A DNA stretch of 64,000 nt from a virus, in the IMG/VR virus record IMGVR_UViG_3300008416_000001; one strand, given 5' to 3'. A program made the translations under genes and the position numbers. The notes beneath the pieces were generated by a model, which was not told the DNA's origin, did no database searches, and saw nothing but the letters and a program-made list of their open reading frames with translations. Of the stretch, positions 33,990 to 44,762 are shown one piece after another (positions within the stretch are counted from its first letter, which is position 1; each line of letters starts with the position of its first letter).

Positions 33990-34187
33990 ATGCAAGTATT
34001 CACTGTTGATATGATCCAGGAACTTATTGATGCCCTCGGATGGACGCAGAAAGAAGTCTGCGCCTATGTAGGATGCTCCGAGCAATCAATGACGAGATGG
34101 CTGAAGGGACGAAACACAAACAAACTTCGGCCTGTTCATCGTTCTAAGTTCATCGAGTTACGCAACCAACTCAAGGGGGAGTCATGA
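33990..34187 (+). CDS. XRE/Cro-like HTH regulator
   Basis: IQELIDALGWTQKEVCAYVGCSEQSMTRWLKG; AAGGAG RBS. Confidence 0.8.
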   Translation: MQVFTVDMIQELIDALGWTQKEVCAYVGCSEQSMTRWLKGRNTNKLRPVHRSKFIELRNQLKGES

Positions 34188-34435
34188 CACTACAAGAAGC
34201 ATATGATAAGGCCAAGGAACTCGGCAGCAAGGTTTATGTGTCGGAACATATAAACACATATCAAGACAGAGACGAGAGTTTTCGTGGTTACACTATGCAC
34301 GTTGATAATGCTTCTGTTTCTTCTTACGACTCATTTGAAAATTGCTTGAGGCAGGTCAGGGAAATAGATCCAAACCTACTGCGCAAAGACAGAATTGCTA
34401 AGCTAAAGGCCGAAATAGAGGAACTTGAATCTTAA
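34184..34435 (+). CDS. Hypothetical protein
   Basis: 83 aa, ATGA overlap. Confidence 0.7.
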   Translation: MTLQEAYDKAKELGSKVYVSEHINTYQDRDESFRGYTMHVDNASVSSYDSFENCLRQVREIDPNLLRKDRIAKLKAEIEELES

Positions 34436-34459
34436 CGCTGATCTTCACAGGAGGTTGAA

Positions 34460-34600
34460 ATGAGCACAATGGATATTGTTTTATTGATCACTTTCGTTGT
34501 CAATATTGTTGCGGCCTTAATATCAAAAAACAGGCCTTCGGCTTGCGGCTGGACTGTTGCCATTCTTATGTTGTTTCGACCATACGGGGGAGCATCATGA
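34460..34600 (+). CDS. Small membrane protein (46 aa; not in ORF track)
   Basis: AGGAGG RBS; two hydrophobic segments. Confidence 0.6.
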   Translation: MSTMDIVLLITFVVNIVAALISKNRPSACGWTVAILMLFRPYGGAS

Positions 34601-34761
34601 AAATACACAACCGAAGATACGACGACCAACACGATTGCACATGGGCGGCAATTACTTTGATTATTTTAATCGCTTTTGTACTGGTTTTTCACGAAGAAAT
34701 CTGGGTGTTCATTGATTGGGTGCTTACCGTGACCGAGAACTTCAACGGGAGGCATCAATGA
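34597..34761 (+). CDS. Small membrane protein (54 aa)
   Basis: ATGA overlap; TM segment WAAITLIILIAFVLVF. Confidence 0.6.
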   Translation: MKIHNRRYDDQHDCTWAAITLIILIAFVLVFHEEIWVFIDWVLTVTENFNGRHQ

Positions 34762-34913
34762 GAAAACCTTGCTGTGAGTCGAATAGTTATGGCTTCCCCT
34801 GCCAGTGTATTCAAAACGACAGGAACTCTCAACAGGCAGAGGATGACGGGCTTTGTGACTATGAATATGACCGTGAACGCGATCACCTTGACGACATAAT
34901 GGACGGATGTTGA
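34758..34913 (+). CDS. Small Cys/acidic protein (51 aa)
   Basis: GGAGG RBS; KPCC...PCQC. Confidence 0.55.
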   Translation: MRKPCCESNSYGFPCQCIQNDRNSQQAEDDGLCDYEYDRERDHLDDIMDGC

Positions 34914-34941
34914 AACTAAACTAGCTGGCAGTTGTCGGCGC

Positions 34942-35934
34942 ATGGAGGAAAGAATGAAAGAAACTGAAGAGGTTTTTGAGATTGCAACGATTGAAAATCA
35001 AAGTGAAGAGCGGAGACTTGCAGTTTTTACTACTTCTGGGATTGATCCTATTCTGGAGAGGATTGCACATGAAGCGCGTAAGCATGTTCCAGACCTTTCA
35101 ACCGATAAGGGGCGCAAGGCCGTTGCATCTAATTCTTACAAGGTTTCTCAGTCAAAGATTCTTCTTGGCAAAGCTGGGCGAAGCCTTACTTCAGATATGA
35201 AAGATAAGTGCAAAGCCATCGACTCAGTAATAAGCATGATGGAAAAGTCATGTGACGAAATTCGCGACGAAGCACGACAACCGCTGACCGATTGGGAAGA
35301 TGCTGAGAAAGAACGAGAAGCGGCAGAGAAAGAACGAGAAGCAGCAGAGAAACTTGCAGCAGAAATATCGATGGCACACGGCGAAGCGTTGACTACGAAT
35401 GATATTGTTGACCGTGAACGTGAGCTTATCCAAAAAGAAACCGCGATGGCCCTAGAAGAAGCGAGAAGATTTGCAGAGGTGGCCGCAGCAGAGATGGAGA
35501 AAGAACGCATAGCACGTGAAGAGATTGTGCGCCAGGAAGCCATTGCAGCGGAGAAGCTTGCAGCAGGGCAAGAAAAACAACGTATCGAACAAGAAGCAAA
35601 AGAAGAAATCGAAAAAGCCAAACGTGCAAAGCGTGAAGCTGAAATAAACGCAGAGATTGAAAAACGTGAAGCGAAAGAACGTGAAGAACGCGCTAAGATC
35701 TGGGCAGAAGAAGAGAAGAAACAAGCAATCGAAGCTGAGCGTAAGCGTGTAGCCGATGAGCACGAAGCCGCAAGAATTAAAGCGGAAAAGATTGCAGCGA
35801 ACAAGGCTCATCAAAAGAAAATAAACAATGCTGCACTTTCTGCTCTGTGTGGAATCGTTAAAGAAGCAGAAGCCAAAGAGATTATTTCGGCAATCGCTAA
35901 AGGCGAAGTACCACACATAACCATTAATTACTGA
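34942..35934 (+). CDS. Long coiled-coil phage protein
   Basis: PDLST.KGRKAVAS...KVSQSK...PLT.WE N-terminal domain followed by an E/K/A/R-rich coil. Confidence 0.8.
   Translation: MEERMKETEEVFEIATIENQSEERRLAVFTTSGIDPILERIAHEARKHVPDLSTDKGRKAVASNSYKVSQSKILLGKAGRSLTSDMKDKCKAIDSVISMMEKSCDEIRDEARQPLTDWEDAEKEREAAEKEREAAEKLAAEISMAHGEALTTNDIVDRERELIQKETAMALEEARRFAEVAAAEMEKERIAREEIVRQEAIAAEKLAAGQEKQRIEQEAKEEIEKAKRAKREAEINAEIEKREAKEREERAKIWAEEEKKQAIEAERKRVADEHEAARIKAEKIAANKAHQKKINNAALSALCGIVKEAEAKEIISAIAKGEVPHITINY
35302..35352 (+). repeat. In-frame 21-bp tandem repeat (AEKEREA x about 2.4)
   Basis: GCTGAGAAAGAACGAGAAGCG GCAGAGAAAGAACGAGAAGCA GCAGAGAAA. Confidence 0.8.
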
Positions 35935-35942
35935 GGTGATTT

Positions 35943-36071
35943 ATGACTGTATGCCCGAAATGCTTTTCTGATCTTTCGACAGAAGACAAAAACGTCAACG
36001 GTGAAACTCAGTGTCGCTATTGCGGATACACTGGTGAACCAGTAGCCGGTGGATACGAGGAGGAACTATGA
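35943..36071 (+). CDS. Zinc-ribbon microprotein (42 aa; not in ORF track)
   Basis: GAGGTG RBS; CPKC...CRYCG; ATGA coupling to the annealase. Confidence 0.65.
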   Translation: MTVCPKCFSDLSTEDKNVNGETQCRYCGYTGEPVAGGYEEEL

Positions 36072-36547
36072 TCTGGGATGAAATCAAAGATAAACTAGCT
36101 GAGCCGTTTCCTGTCAACAAAATTAGTTGGCGTGTTGGTTCTGTAACTAAGGACAAAAAGAAGGCAATGGCCCTTGCATATATCGACGCCAGAGACGTTA
36201 TTAAACGCCTAGACGATGTTTGCGGTGCCTTGTGGCAAAACGAATACCCATTATCTGACGGAACTCTGCTTATATGCAAGATAGGCATTAAGATCGACGG
36301 AGAGTGGCTATGGAGGGCGAACGGTGCAGGAGATACCCAGGTAGAGGCCGAGAAGGGCAAAGCCTCAGACGCCTTTAAACGTGCAGCCGTTCAATGGGGC
36401 GTTGGTAAGTATCTCTACAGCTTTCCGAACGTCTGGGTTGAAATTGATGAATGGAAGAAAATCGTTAAACCGCCGAACGTCCCAACTTGGGCGACTCCTG
36501 AAGGGTATTGGAAAATCATCAACGACAGAAAGGAGTCTAAATCATGA
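36068..36547 (+). CDS. Rad52/Rad22-family single-strand annealing protein
   Basis: L.EPFP...I.WR...ALAYIDAR.V..RLDDVCG..WQ..Y...EKG.ASDAFKRAAV.WGVG.YLY. Confidence 0.92.
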   Translation: MIWDEIKDKLAEPFPVNKISWRVGSVTKDKKKAMALAYIDARDVIKRLDDVCGALWQNEYPLSDGTLLICKIGIKIDGEWLWRANGAGDTQVEAEKGKASDAFKRAAVQWGVGKYLYSFPNVWVEIDEWKKIVKPPNVPTWATPEGYWKIINDRKESKS

Positions 36548-37670
36548 TTCCTGTCGTTGCCAACCAAACCCAAGACTCCACTGGCGCTACAGGATGTTTG
36601 CCTCAAAACGAGTATGACATCCATTGCCATGCTATTCCTGGCCCCGAGTACAAATTGAATTATCTCGCCTCTTCTTGCAATATCCGTATTGAAGACAAGA
36701 CATGCACAGAGTACGAGTGCAAGCGATATGCCGGCGAGAGGAAAGTCAGCAAGTCTAAGATAACGCCACGCAAAAGACCAAAAGGTAAGGTTAAGCGGAC
36801 ATGTGTCGGCTGTGGCGAGTTAAGCTTTATCAAGGGGCGTGGTCTGTGTGGTAAGTGCTACAAAAGAAACGAGTACCGCGGCACCTTGGATAATTACAAG
36901 ACAGCCCAGGAGATTCACGAATTGCGGTATCAAGAAGACTCACACGATCACCGACGAGAAAGGCCGTACCGCTGAAATCTCAGACGGGTTGCATTCAGAG
37001 CTTTTTTAACAACTACGGAGGAAATTATGAAAGACTGGATCTACATTTTGTTTGGCGTCGCTATGATGGTTGGCTCTTTCGGTGGATGGATAACCCATAT
37101 CTTCGCATGCTTATCAACTGAGGCATGGGGGTTTCTGATCGCTGGTGCCTTGTTTTTCCCAATCGGCATTATTCATGGAATTGGCATCTGGTTCGGGGCT
37201 TGGTGATTATTTATTTGACATCACCACGCATCACTGATAGGCTGTAAGCGTTCTCTTGGCGGGAACAAGTTTTTAACTTGTAGGTTATGCGGAACTAAAA
37301 TTTAACGAAGAAGCCCCGCACTAAGTAGCCTCGTAAGTCCCGCCAAGGATTTGCGGGGCTTTTTCCATTGGAGGTTGGCATGATTAAGAATCACGAAAAG
37401 GATTACAAAGAGAACGCATGGAATGAATACACGATGCAAGAGCTTGGTCAGTGGGTTCATTTGCTCTCAACGAGGGCTCAACACAGAGCGAACGGCGATA
37501 AAAGAGTAAAAGACCTATATGACGCTCAGAACTATCTGGACATGATGCAGCAAAGGTTGACCGAGTTGAAGACATGAAGGACTTGGTTGCTTGTTCGGGC
37601 GAGTGTGGTAGAAGACGACAACTCCCCAAGGGTTGGATTTGCGACGAGTGCAAAAAGAAAAAGGATCGTA

Positions 37671-38267
37671 ATGCTCATACTTGTTTCTGGGGCGACTAAA
37701 ACTATGGACAAAATGTCTGGTCATCCGAATCTCGGACAGTTGATAACACCTCATGACGGGAACAAGATCAGGGGTGACATGCCATGGGCTGCTGATAATG
37801 CCGCTTTCTCTAATTGGGACAGAATAAAATGGTTGTCCATGCTTCGCAGGATTTCCGGTTCTGACCCCCTTTTTGTTGTTGCTCCTGACGTTGTTGGTGA
37901 CGCAATGAGTACACTCAAGCGGCTAAAGGTTACATCGCCAATGATAAGAAAACGCGGTCTAAAAGTAGCGTGCGCTCTTCAGAATGGACAAGAATGGATA
38001 GGAGTAAGACGACACTTGATTGACGCTATATTTATTGGTGGTGACACTGAGTTTAAATTAGGCCCATACGTTAGGCATTGTGTGTGTTCAGCAAAAGAGC
38101 GTGGGGAATGGGTGCATATGGGCAGAGTTAACTCATTCAAGAGACTTCAATATGCCAGAGAAATTGGGTGTGATTCTGTTGATGGTAGTGGATACAGTAT
38201 GTTCCCAGACCAGAAACTTATTCCAGCGTTGAGATATTTAGAAACAGAACAATTGAAACTATTCTAA
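37671..38267 (+). CDS. TGT-fold/DpdA-like protein (copy 2)
   Basis: Identical to 1345..1941. Confidence 0.65.
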   Translation: MLILVSGATKTMDKMSGHPNLGQLITPHDGNKIRGDMPWAADNAAFSNWDRIKWLSMLRRISGSDPLFVVAPDVVGDAMSTLKRLKVTSPMIRKRGLKVACALQNGQEWIGVRRHLIDAIFIGGDTEFKLGPYVRHCVCSAKERGEWVHMGRVNSFKRLQYAREIGCDSVDGSGYSMFPDQKLIPALRYLETEQLKLF

Positions 38268-39555
38268 ACAAAAGTTGGAGTTCACTCGCCAGATTCTCCA
38301 ACGCCGAAAGGTGGATAGCTGGCATGAAAAAACAAGTGGGCAACGCTTGAGACTTTGCGACCCACAACTTGGCGACGAAATCGAATGTGTTAAATAGTGG
38401 GTTGATATGCGGAGAACAAGGGGCTTCGTGTCTCTAAAACAAGGAGAGTGAAATGGAAGGATATAGAAAAGAGATAGAGATTACTTCAACAGGGATGGTT
38501 ATCGCTAGAGTTATAGGCCCTGATGGACTTAAAAAGGGATATAAGTTTTTCGATCAATTTATAAGCACGCCAGCTAATGTTGAAAGAAGTTGCAAGAAGG
38601 CGCATGCTTGGAGTGACGAATATATGAAAATATGTGAGCGGCAAGAATGTCTCTAAAATATCTTCAGGACTCACCAAAGGGCTAGAGGTTAAGACTAAAC
38701 ACATAGGCCGAGACACACAGACAGAAAAGGAGACAGATATGTTTATTAAATTTGTACATTATCCAAACACAAGCAAAGGCACCATGGTAGAGCGAGTTAT
38801 TGAGTGCCGTGAGTTTCACCAGGGCTATTCCGAGAAAGGACGTGAGGCGACCTTTATGATCGACAGCCCAACAAGAAACTACGAGGTTGTCGTGCAGTGT
38901 GTAGAAACCTCAGTTTACATTATGAGCAACGAAGGCAAAACAATCGATAGCTACAAATGGCGTGGCGTTGATGGTATAATTACGCGCATGTAACTGAATT
39001 GTCTCGGCCTATTTTAAGTTACACACGGTACGTTGCTATCCCCAATGCTCACATAAGGAGAAAGAGGATGAAGAAAGTTTCAAGTATGGCAGAATTCAGC
39101 GGTGACGGAACAAAGCAAACAATAAAACAAGCACTTGAATCTGCGCTTGAAGAGGTAGGCGAAAGAGGAGCCTTTGAACATGGAAAGAAGATACTCATAC
39201 TAGCTCTTGAAGAGGGCGACAATAAAGATCTTTACAAAATCTCTTTTGTCCAAGCTGGGATGAAAATGAGCGAATGCTTAACTCTTTGTGAGGTTGCAAA
39301 GACTTTATTTCTTGACGAAATGGGTTATATCTAAACCGCGAGGAAAGCCATGAGCCTAAAATACATAAGTGAATCATACGGAGTCCCAGCCAAGAAAGGC
39401 CAGAGAATAATCTACACTGGTCTAAACTATCCAAGGCCGGGGGAGATAGTTGGATCTCACAACGCCTCGATAAAGGTTGTCTTTGACGATGAGCCGGAAA
39501 GAACTTACATCCATCATCCTACCTGGAACGTGGAATATGTTGAAAGTGAGGAGAC

Positions 39556-39918
39556 ATGAGAGTAATTAAGTTCAGAGGGTGGGACCATGGTACTAATGCG
39601 TGGCATAATTTCAATGCAAATGACTTTAGTTTTAACCCTACACCGCCACTTGATGCATTATTCTTAACATCGCTTGACGGCCAGTGTAATCTCGAACAAT
39701 TTACTGGCCTCTTAGATAAGAACGATGTGGAGATTTACGAGGGCGATATATTGTTTTGTTCTGTAGAGAAAATGATCGGAACTGTGAAGTTCACATCTGG
39801 CTGTTTCACAACAGACTGTAGTGGCTGGGGTGATGAATGCCTCAATGGCATTGATACAGATCACATTGAGATTGTCGGCAACATCCACGAGAATCCAGAA
39901 TTATTGGAGGCCACATGA
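39556..39918 (+). CDS. yopX: YopX-family protein (copy 2)
   Basis: Identical to 3230..3592. Confidence 0.9.
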   Translation: MRVIKFRGWDHGTNAWHNFNANDFSFNPTPPLDALFLTSLDGQCNLEQFTGLLDKNDVEIYEGDILFCSVEKMIGTVKFTSGCFTTDCSGWGDECLNGIDTDHIEIVGNIHENPELLEAT

Positions 39919-40087
39919 AGAAATCATACACTTCAATCATGAAGGACATAAAGCAGACAGACCAGATGGTAATGCTTGCCGGTTCTGACGATGTAAAGCA
40001 GACATGGGTAGATCGCAGAGAGAGTCTTGATAGTTGTTTGTCTTGCCCGGTGCTTGGCCGTGAGTGTCCACCAGGATGCAAAAGTCT

Positions 40088-40486
40088 ATGAAACACACCA
40101 TCACCACACCAGAGGCATTAAGACGCGCTGTGTGCCAAATCTCAGCCTCTCAACTACCAATCACAGTTGAGACCAGGCCATACAAGGACACGCGCAGCAA
40201 TGAACAGAACCGGCGCATGTGGGCTATGCTTCGTGACGTGTCCCAACAGGTTAACTGGTACGGAAAAAAGCTGACGTCTGATAACTGGAAAGATGTATTC
40301 ACGGCCTCTTTAAAAAAACAAGAAGTCGTGCCAGGAATTGACGGAGGCTTTGTTATCCTTGGCCAGTCAACTAGCAAAATGACGATAGCTGCTATGTGTG
40401 AATTGACTGATTTGATGTTCGCCTTCGGTGCTGAACATGATGTTTTGTTTTCAGATCCTTCTGACGTGATGCACAGTGAGAGATAA
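40088..40486 (+). CDS. ninB: NinB-family protein (copy 2)
   Basis: Identical to 3762..4160. Confidence 0.92.
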   Translation: MKHTITTPEALRRAVCQISASQLPITVETRPYKDTRSNEQNRRMWAMLRDVSQQVNWYGKKLTSDNWKDVFTASLKKQEVVPGIDGGFVILGQSTSKMTIAAMCELTDLMFAFGAEHDVLFSDPSDVMHSER

Positions 40487-41518
40487 AACTACCTAAAATG
40501 ACATTATCAGCTTGACACCGCCGCCTAATGTGGCATGATAGGGGAAACTTTAACAGGGAGGAAGTTATGAAAAAGTATGTGACGTTTGTTAAGAGCGAGG
40601 TTGAATCACAGAAAGTTCAGGAGGCGCTATTCGGGGCTGGATTCGAATGGGGTGCAGTCCGTGGTTGTAACATTGTAGCTAACTGTGAGTTTCCATTCAT
40701 TTCGCTTAACTGGTGTGACATTTCTGGCAACATTACCTGTTCCTCTGATTATGCATATCATTTCAACAGCGACGAAGACAATGTATTCTATATAAACGCA
40801 GAAGACGTCATAGCTAATCCCTTCCAACTCGACGGAGCCAAGAAACCAGAAAAGATGATTGCGGTTTATGGTAAAGAGTATTCCGAAAGCACAATTAAGG
40901 CGGCACTTCAGGAATATGTAAAATGAACGCCTTCACAAAAGAACTCCGAGACAAAGGCTGGACGCTAAAAGCCTTTGCTGAATTTCTCGGCCAACCATTG
41001 CGGAACATCTCACGCATAGCCAAGAACCCAAAGCCTATACACTGGCTGGCAATCCGCGAAGGTTTACCAGTAAAGCACCGCACATCTAACCGGGGTGGAT
41101 GGGGGGAGGTATGAGCGAATGGATTAGCGTTGAGGAAGATTCACCGAGGCCGATGCACTTCGTTGATGTTTATTTAAAATCGACAAAGAACTCAACGTAT
41201 GGTGTAAGAATGACAGATGTCTTGTATACAGGGGAGAAATTTAATCACAGAGATGCCTTCGACTTGTTTTTGTGGCATACTGGATGCCCCTACCCTCACC
41301 ACCAAAGGAGTGATTATGTCTCACAAGGCGATGATTAAATCCTATCTGTTGGAAGGTCACAGAATCGAACCCATGGAGGCACTCAGCCAGTTCGGATGTT
41401 TCAGGCTCGGCGCTCGTATCCATGAGCTTAAATCGGAGATGAGCATTGAGAGTCACTTTGTCACGGTGATTAATCGGAACGGTGAAGAGTGCAGGGTTAA
41501 GCAATACTGGATGGTGTC

Positions 41519-41875
41519 ATGAAGGTTTATCCTGTCACTCCTGTTGCTAAGCCAAGGCAAACAAGGTCTGACAAGTGGAAACAACGTCCACCAGTTCTTA
41601 AATATAGGGCTTTCGCTGACGAGGTTAGGCTGAGAGGCGTTAAACTCAATGAGGCATACTCACGCATCACCTTTGTTCTGCCGATGCCGCAGAGCTGGTC
41701 TGAGAAGAAAAAAAAGCTAATGGACGGGCAGCCGCATCAACAAGTGCCGGATCTTGATAATTTGATTAAGGCTCTCTGCGATGCAGTTCATAAACAGGAC
41801 TGTCGTATATGGGATTATCATGCCTCTAAGATATGGGGGCGTAATGGTGAGATAAGGATAGGTGTACTGTTATGA
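41519..41875 (+). CDS. rusA: RusA resolvase (copy 2)
   Basis: Identical to 5193..5549. Confidence 0.88.
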   Translation: MKVYPVTPVAKPRQTRSDKWKQRPPVLKYRAFADEVRLRGVKLNEAYSRITFVLPMPQSWSEKKKKLMDGQPHQQVPDLDNLIKALCDAVHKQDCRIWDYHASKIWGRNGEIRIGVLL

Positions 41876-42044
41876 TTCAAATCTGGAAAAGACAAACTGG
41901 TTGTGACATGCAAACGCAGACCGAATGCTACATAAAAATATGCGGGTGGAAAGTGCTTGTGTGGTCCGTGTATCTAAACCACTTCCCAGATGAAAACAAA
42001 AAAGGCCGCTCTTGACGGAGGATATCAGGAGCGGCCAATAACAA

Positions 42045-42563
42045 CTATTTCTTTGCTGCGGTTATCGAATCAATTCCTTTGCCAACCTGACGTAAACCAG
42101 CATATGCCCAAGGCAGAGTAAATAGCGCGCCCAGAACCCACACATCAATTGTCTCAGCAATGAATACATAAGCAAAGGCAGCAACCAAACTGCACCAGCT
42201 TTGCGCCGGTCGTGTTCGCCTTACAAATTTATCCTCTGCGTTATCTCCACTCTGGATAGTTTTCTGTGTCTGTTCATGTGACTTTTGAGCATCTACAAGC
42301 TCTAACTCTTTCATCGACCGGATGTGTTCGCGTATGCTGTCTTCTTCTTTAAACGATAGCTCTTTGAGCTTCAGCAACGTATCAGGGTTGTTCTGTAGGC
42401 TCTCCAAGGCTCTGACTGGATCGTCGGTACCTGTCGCGCTAGAAACAAGTGAGACACCGGCTGCTATTGCACCGGGAACATTTCCTGTTAACAGTGAACC
42501 AACCAGGGCAGCGCCTGAGCCTGCGTTGTCTTTTATCCAGTCGCCAACTTCATTCCATTTCAC
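42045..42563 (-). CDS. 3TM holin-like protein (copy 2)
   Basis: Identical to 5719..6237. Confidence 0.7.
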   Translation of the reverse strand: MKWNEVGDWIKDNAGSGAALVGSLLTGNVPGAIAAGVSLVSSATGTDDPVRALESLQNNPDTLLKLKELSFKEEDSIREHIRSMKELELVDAQKSHEQTQKTIQSGDNAEDKFVRRTRPAQSWCSLVAAFAYVFIAETIDVWVLGALFTLPWAYAGLRQVGKGIDSITAAKK

Positions 42564-42905
42564 AATGACCTCCCTATCATGCTATCTGTCCTATACCTTC
42601 AAAACGAGTCCCGTCAGGATTGCCGTTAATGTCAAACTTTGTGACCTCGATCAACGGTTTTGTTGGAAACTCTTCTGGTCTGTCAGATCGATGAACGATG
42701 GTGAACACAGGGCTATTATTGTCAGGGATTACATGCACCCTGTCGCTAGGAACGCGAAAAGAAAAATAAGTCTTCCCATTTACGACATTATCAAGATTAA
42801 TCGTGACGATATCAGTAACATCGTTATTCCCTGTTTCAAGACCAAGCGAATGAAGCCGATTAATAGCGCCAGTTCTGTTAGTTGTTTCAACCTGAATGTC
42901 TACAC

Positions 42906-44762
42906 TCATGCTGGCTCCTTCCATGTGTCATCTGTCGGGTCAAGGTCCGCATCAAAACGGAAATCGGTTGCATTGCCTAAACTAATCTCGCCCCAAGTTG
43001 GAGAGTAAGCCCCGGTAGTATCTTCGAGGCTCGCATTGACCCACATTTTTCCTGTGGATTCCTGAATTACCACTGTGTCACCGATAGCTCTCGCACCTGC
43101 TGCCGTCATGGTATTAGTGCCATCGGAGAAAGTTAGGCTTGAACTACCATCATAATCGCATGAAATAGTACCGCTTGTCAGATAGTTCTCAGCATTCACA
43201 GAACCAAGACGGAAGCGTAAAAAGTCTGCTGTGGTTGGTGTTACCAGGAATTCTGTTGTGGCTCTGATGACTGTGCTTGTTATAGTGATGATTGGTGAGG
43301 AGACTACTGAGTCTTCAGTTAGTTGAGCGTGATGAATAATAGATGTCAAAGTATTTGCACCTTGGCCAACTGGGTAAATGTATAAAAGCCTACCGTTCGT
43401 AGCAGTGCCAGTGCATTTAATCTCTAACCTATAAACCTCGCCACCGTTTGGCCCGTCGTTACTTATTAATGCCACACTTGGCGTCCCGGTCCCTTGCGAA
43501 TCACTAAGAACATGGGTTGTCCAGTCAAAGTCTGCAAGGTATACCCATCCTGCTGCCGTAGAATCATAGATGCCTAAAGATGTATTTGTGGCATCCACAT
43601 TTTCAATAATAAGGTAATAAGTTTCTTCTATACCAGTCAGGGTAGTTACCGCTTGTGTTCTTGCTCTGAAGGTTTGATTTGTATTGGTTGTTTTGTACGG
43701 TGTTGCAAAACTACTGTAACCTGTTGCGGCAACGTAACTAAAGTCACTACCATCAGGCCAGTAAGTTGCTACATTTGATGGAGTACTCTCTACAATAAGG
43801 TTCGTCGCCGCTGATTCATTCAAAACATGAGGCAGATAGTTAATCGATTCTGTGGCGAGATTGGAATAATGAGAATCAACTCTGTATTCAACTGTACCGT
43901 CTGTCAAAACATTACCGATGTTAGCTTTAACAACACCAATCGGTGTGCCCTGTGTGGTGCCGGAGACAGTGATGGTCAATGCGTAGTTATGGTTGTCAGC
44001 TCCAGTCGTATAGAGTTTGTCGTCTACAGAATAAGCGGTAACATTTTCTCTGTAAGTATAAAGCAGGAAGATGTCCTCACCGCTTGTACCTGTCTTCGTC
44101 GGGTGAAGCTTTATCCCGCTGTCTTTCGCTGTGTCGTTTAGGAAGATGGGGATAATCAAAGCCCTTGAAACAAACTCGACATCACCAACAAACGTAGATA
44201 AAGCCCTAATAAATATGCCGTCACTGGCGACAGGTCGCGACTCTAAGTTCCCAGAGTATGTACCATTAGCTGTAATCGTGGCATCTATTTGGCTCCCATC
44301 CATGAAAAATTGTAGGGTTCCTGTTACATAGTTAGATACAACAATTTCCCATCTGTATATTCTACTGTTTTCACCGACACCGTTGACAGGGTTTTCCCTC
44401 AAGTCAGAGTTCCCTGACTGTGTCCCATCACAAGAAGCCTTACCTCCAGCCACAGACCAACCTGTTCCAGTAGTCCACTGGGATGGGTTATCGAATGAAG
44501 GGTCAGCTACCTCCTCTAACGATATAACCCCTGGTTCATCCGTATCATAGCTAATCCGCATCCCTTCAGACACAGCAATGCCAGCAGGGACTTCTTCTAT
44601 CAGCAAGCCGTTCGTGCTATCCCGTACTCTTGCTTGGGTTACGCTGGTACCACCGGCTGTGATATTGGCCCCGATTGTCGCCAAAGTATCTAGAACGAAA
44701 GTGGCAAGCCATCTTACCTGCGATACAACAGATTTGAAAAATGATATAGGATATGTAAACAT
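42906..44762 (-). CDS. Fibre/spike-like protein (copy 2)
   Basis: Identical to 6580..8436. Confidence 0.55.
   Translation of the reverse strand: MFTYPISFFKSVVSQVRWLATFVLDTLATIGANITAGGTSVTQARVRDSTNGLLIEEVPAGIAVSEGMRISYDTDEPGVISLEEVADPSFDNPSQWTTGTGWSVAGGKASCDGTQSGNSDLRENPVNGVGENSRIYRWEIVVSNYVTGTLQFFMDGSQIDATITANGTYSGNLESRPVASDGIFIRALSTFVGDVEFVSRALIIPIFLNDTAKDSGIKLHPTKTGTSGEDIFLLYTYRENVTAYSVDDKLYTTGADNHNYALTITVSGTTQGTPIGVVKANIGNVLTDGTVEYRVDSHYSNLATESINYLPHVLNESAATNLIVESTPSNVATYWPDGSDFSYVAATGYSSFATPYKTTNTNQTFRARTQAVTTLTGIEETYYLIIENVDATNTSLGIYDSTAAGWVYLADFDWTTHVLSDSQGTGTPSVALISNDGPNGGEVYRLEIKCTGTATNGRLLYIYPVGQGANTLTSIIHHAQLTEDSVVSSPIITITSTVIRATTEFLVTPTTADFLRFRLGSVNAENYLTSGTISCDYDGSSSLTFSDGTNTMTAAGARAIGDTVVIQESTGKMWVNASLEDTTGAYSPTWGEISLGNATDFRFDADLDPTDDTWKEPA

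Larger units (their letters stand above)
1..36326. repeat. Unit 1 of a head-to-tail duplication: one complete 36,326-bp circular/permuted phage genome
   Basis: CAGGAGATACCCAGGTAGAG at position 1 recurs at 36,327; all ORF-track entries recur at +36,326 with identical translations. Confidence 0.97.
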
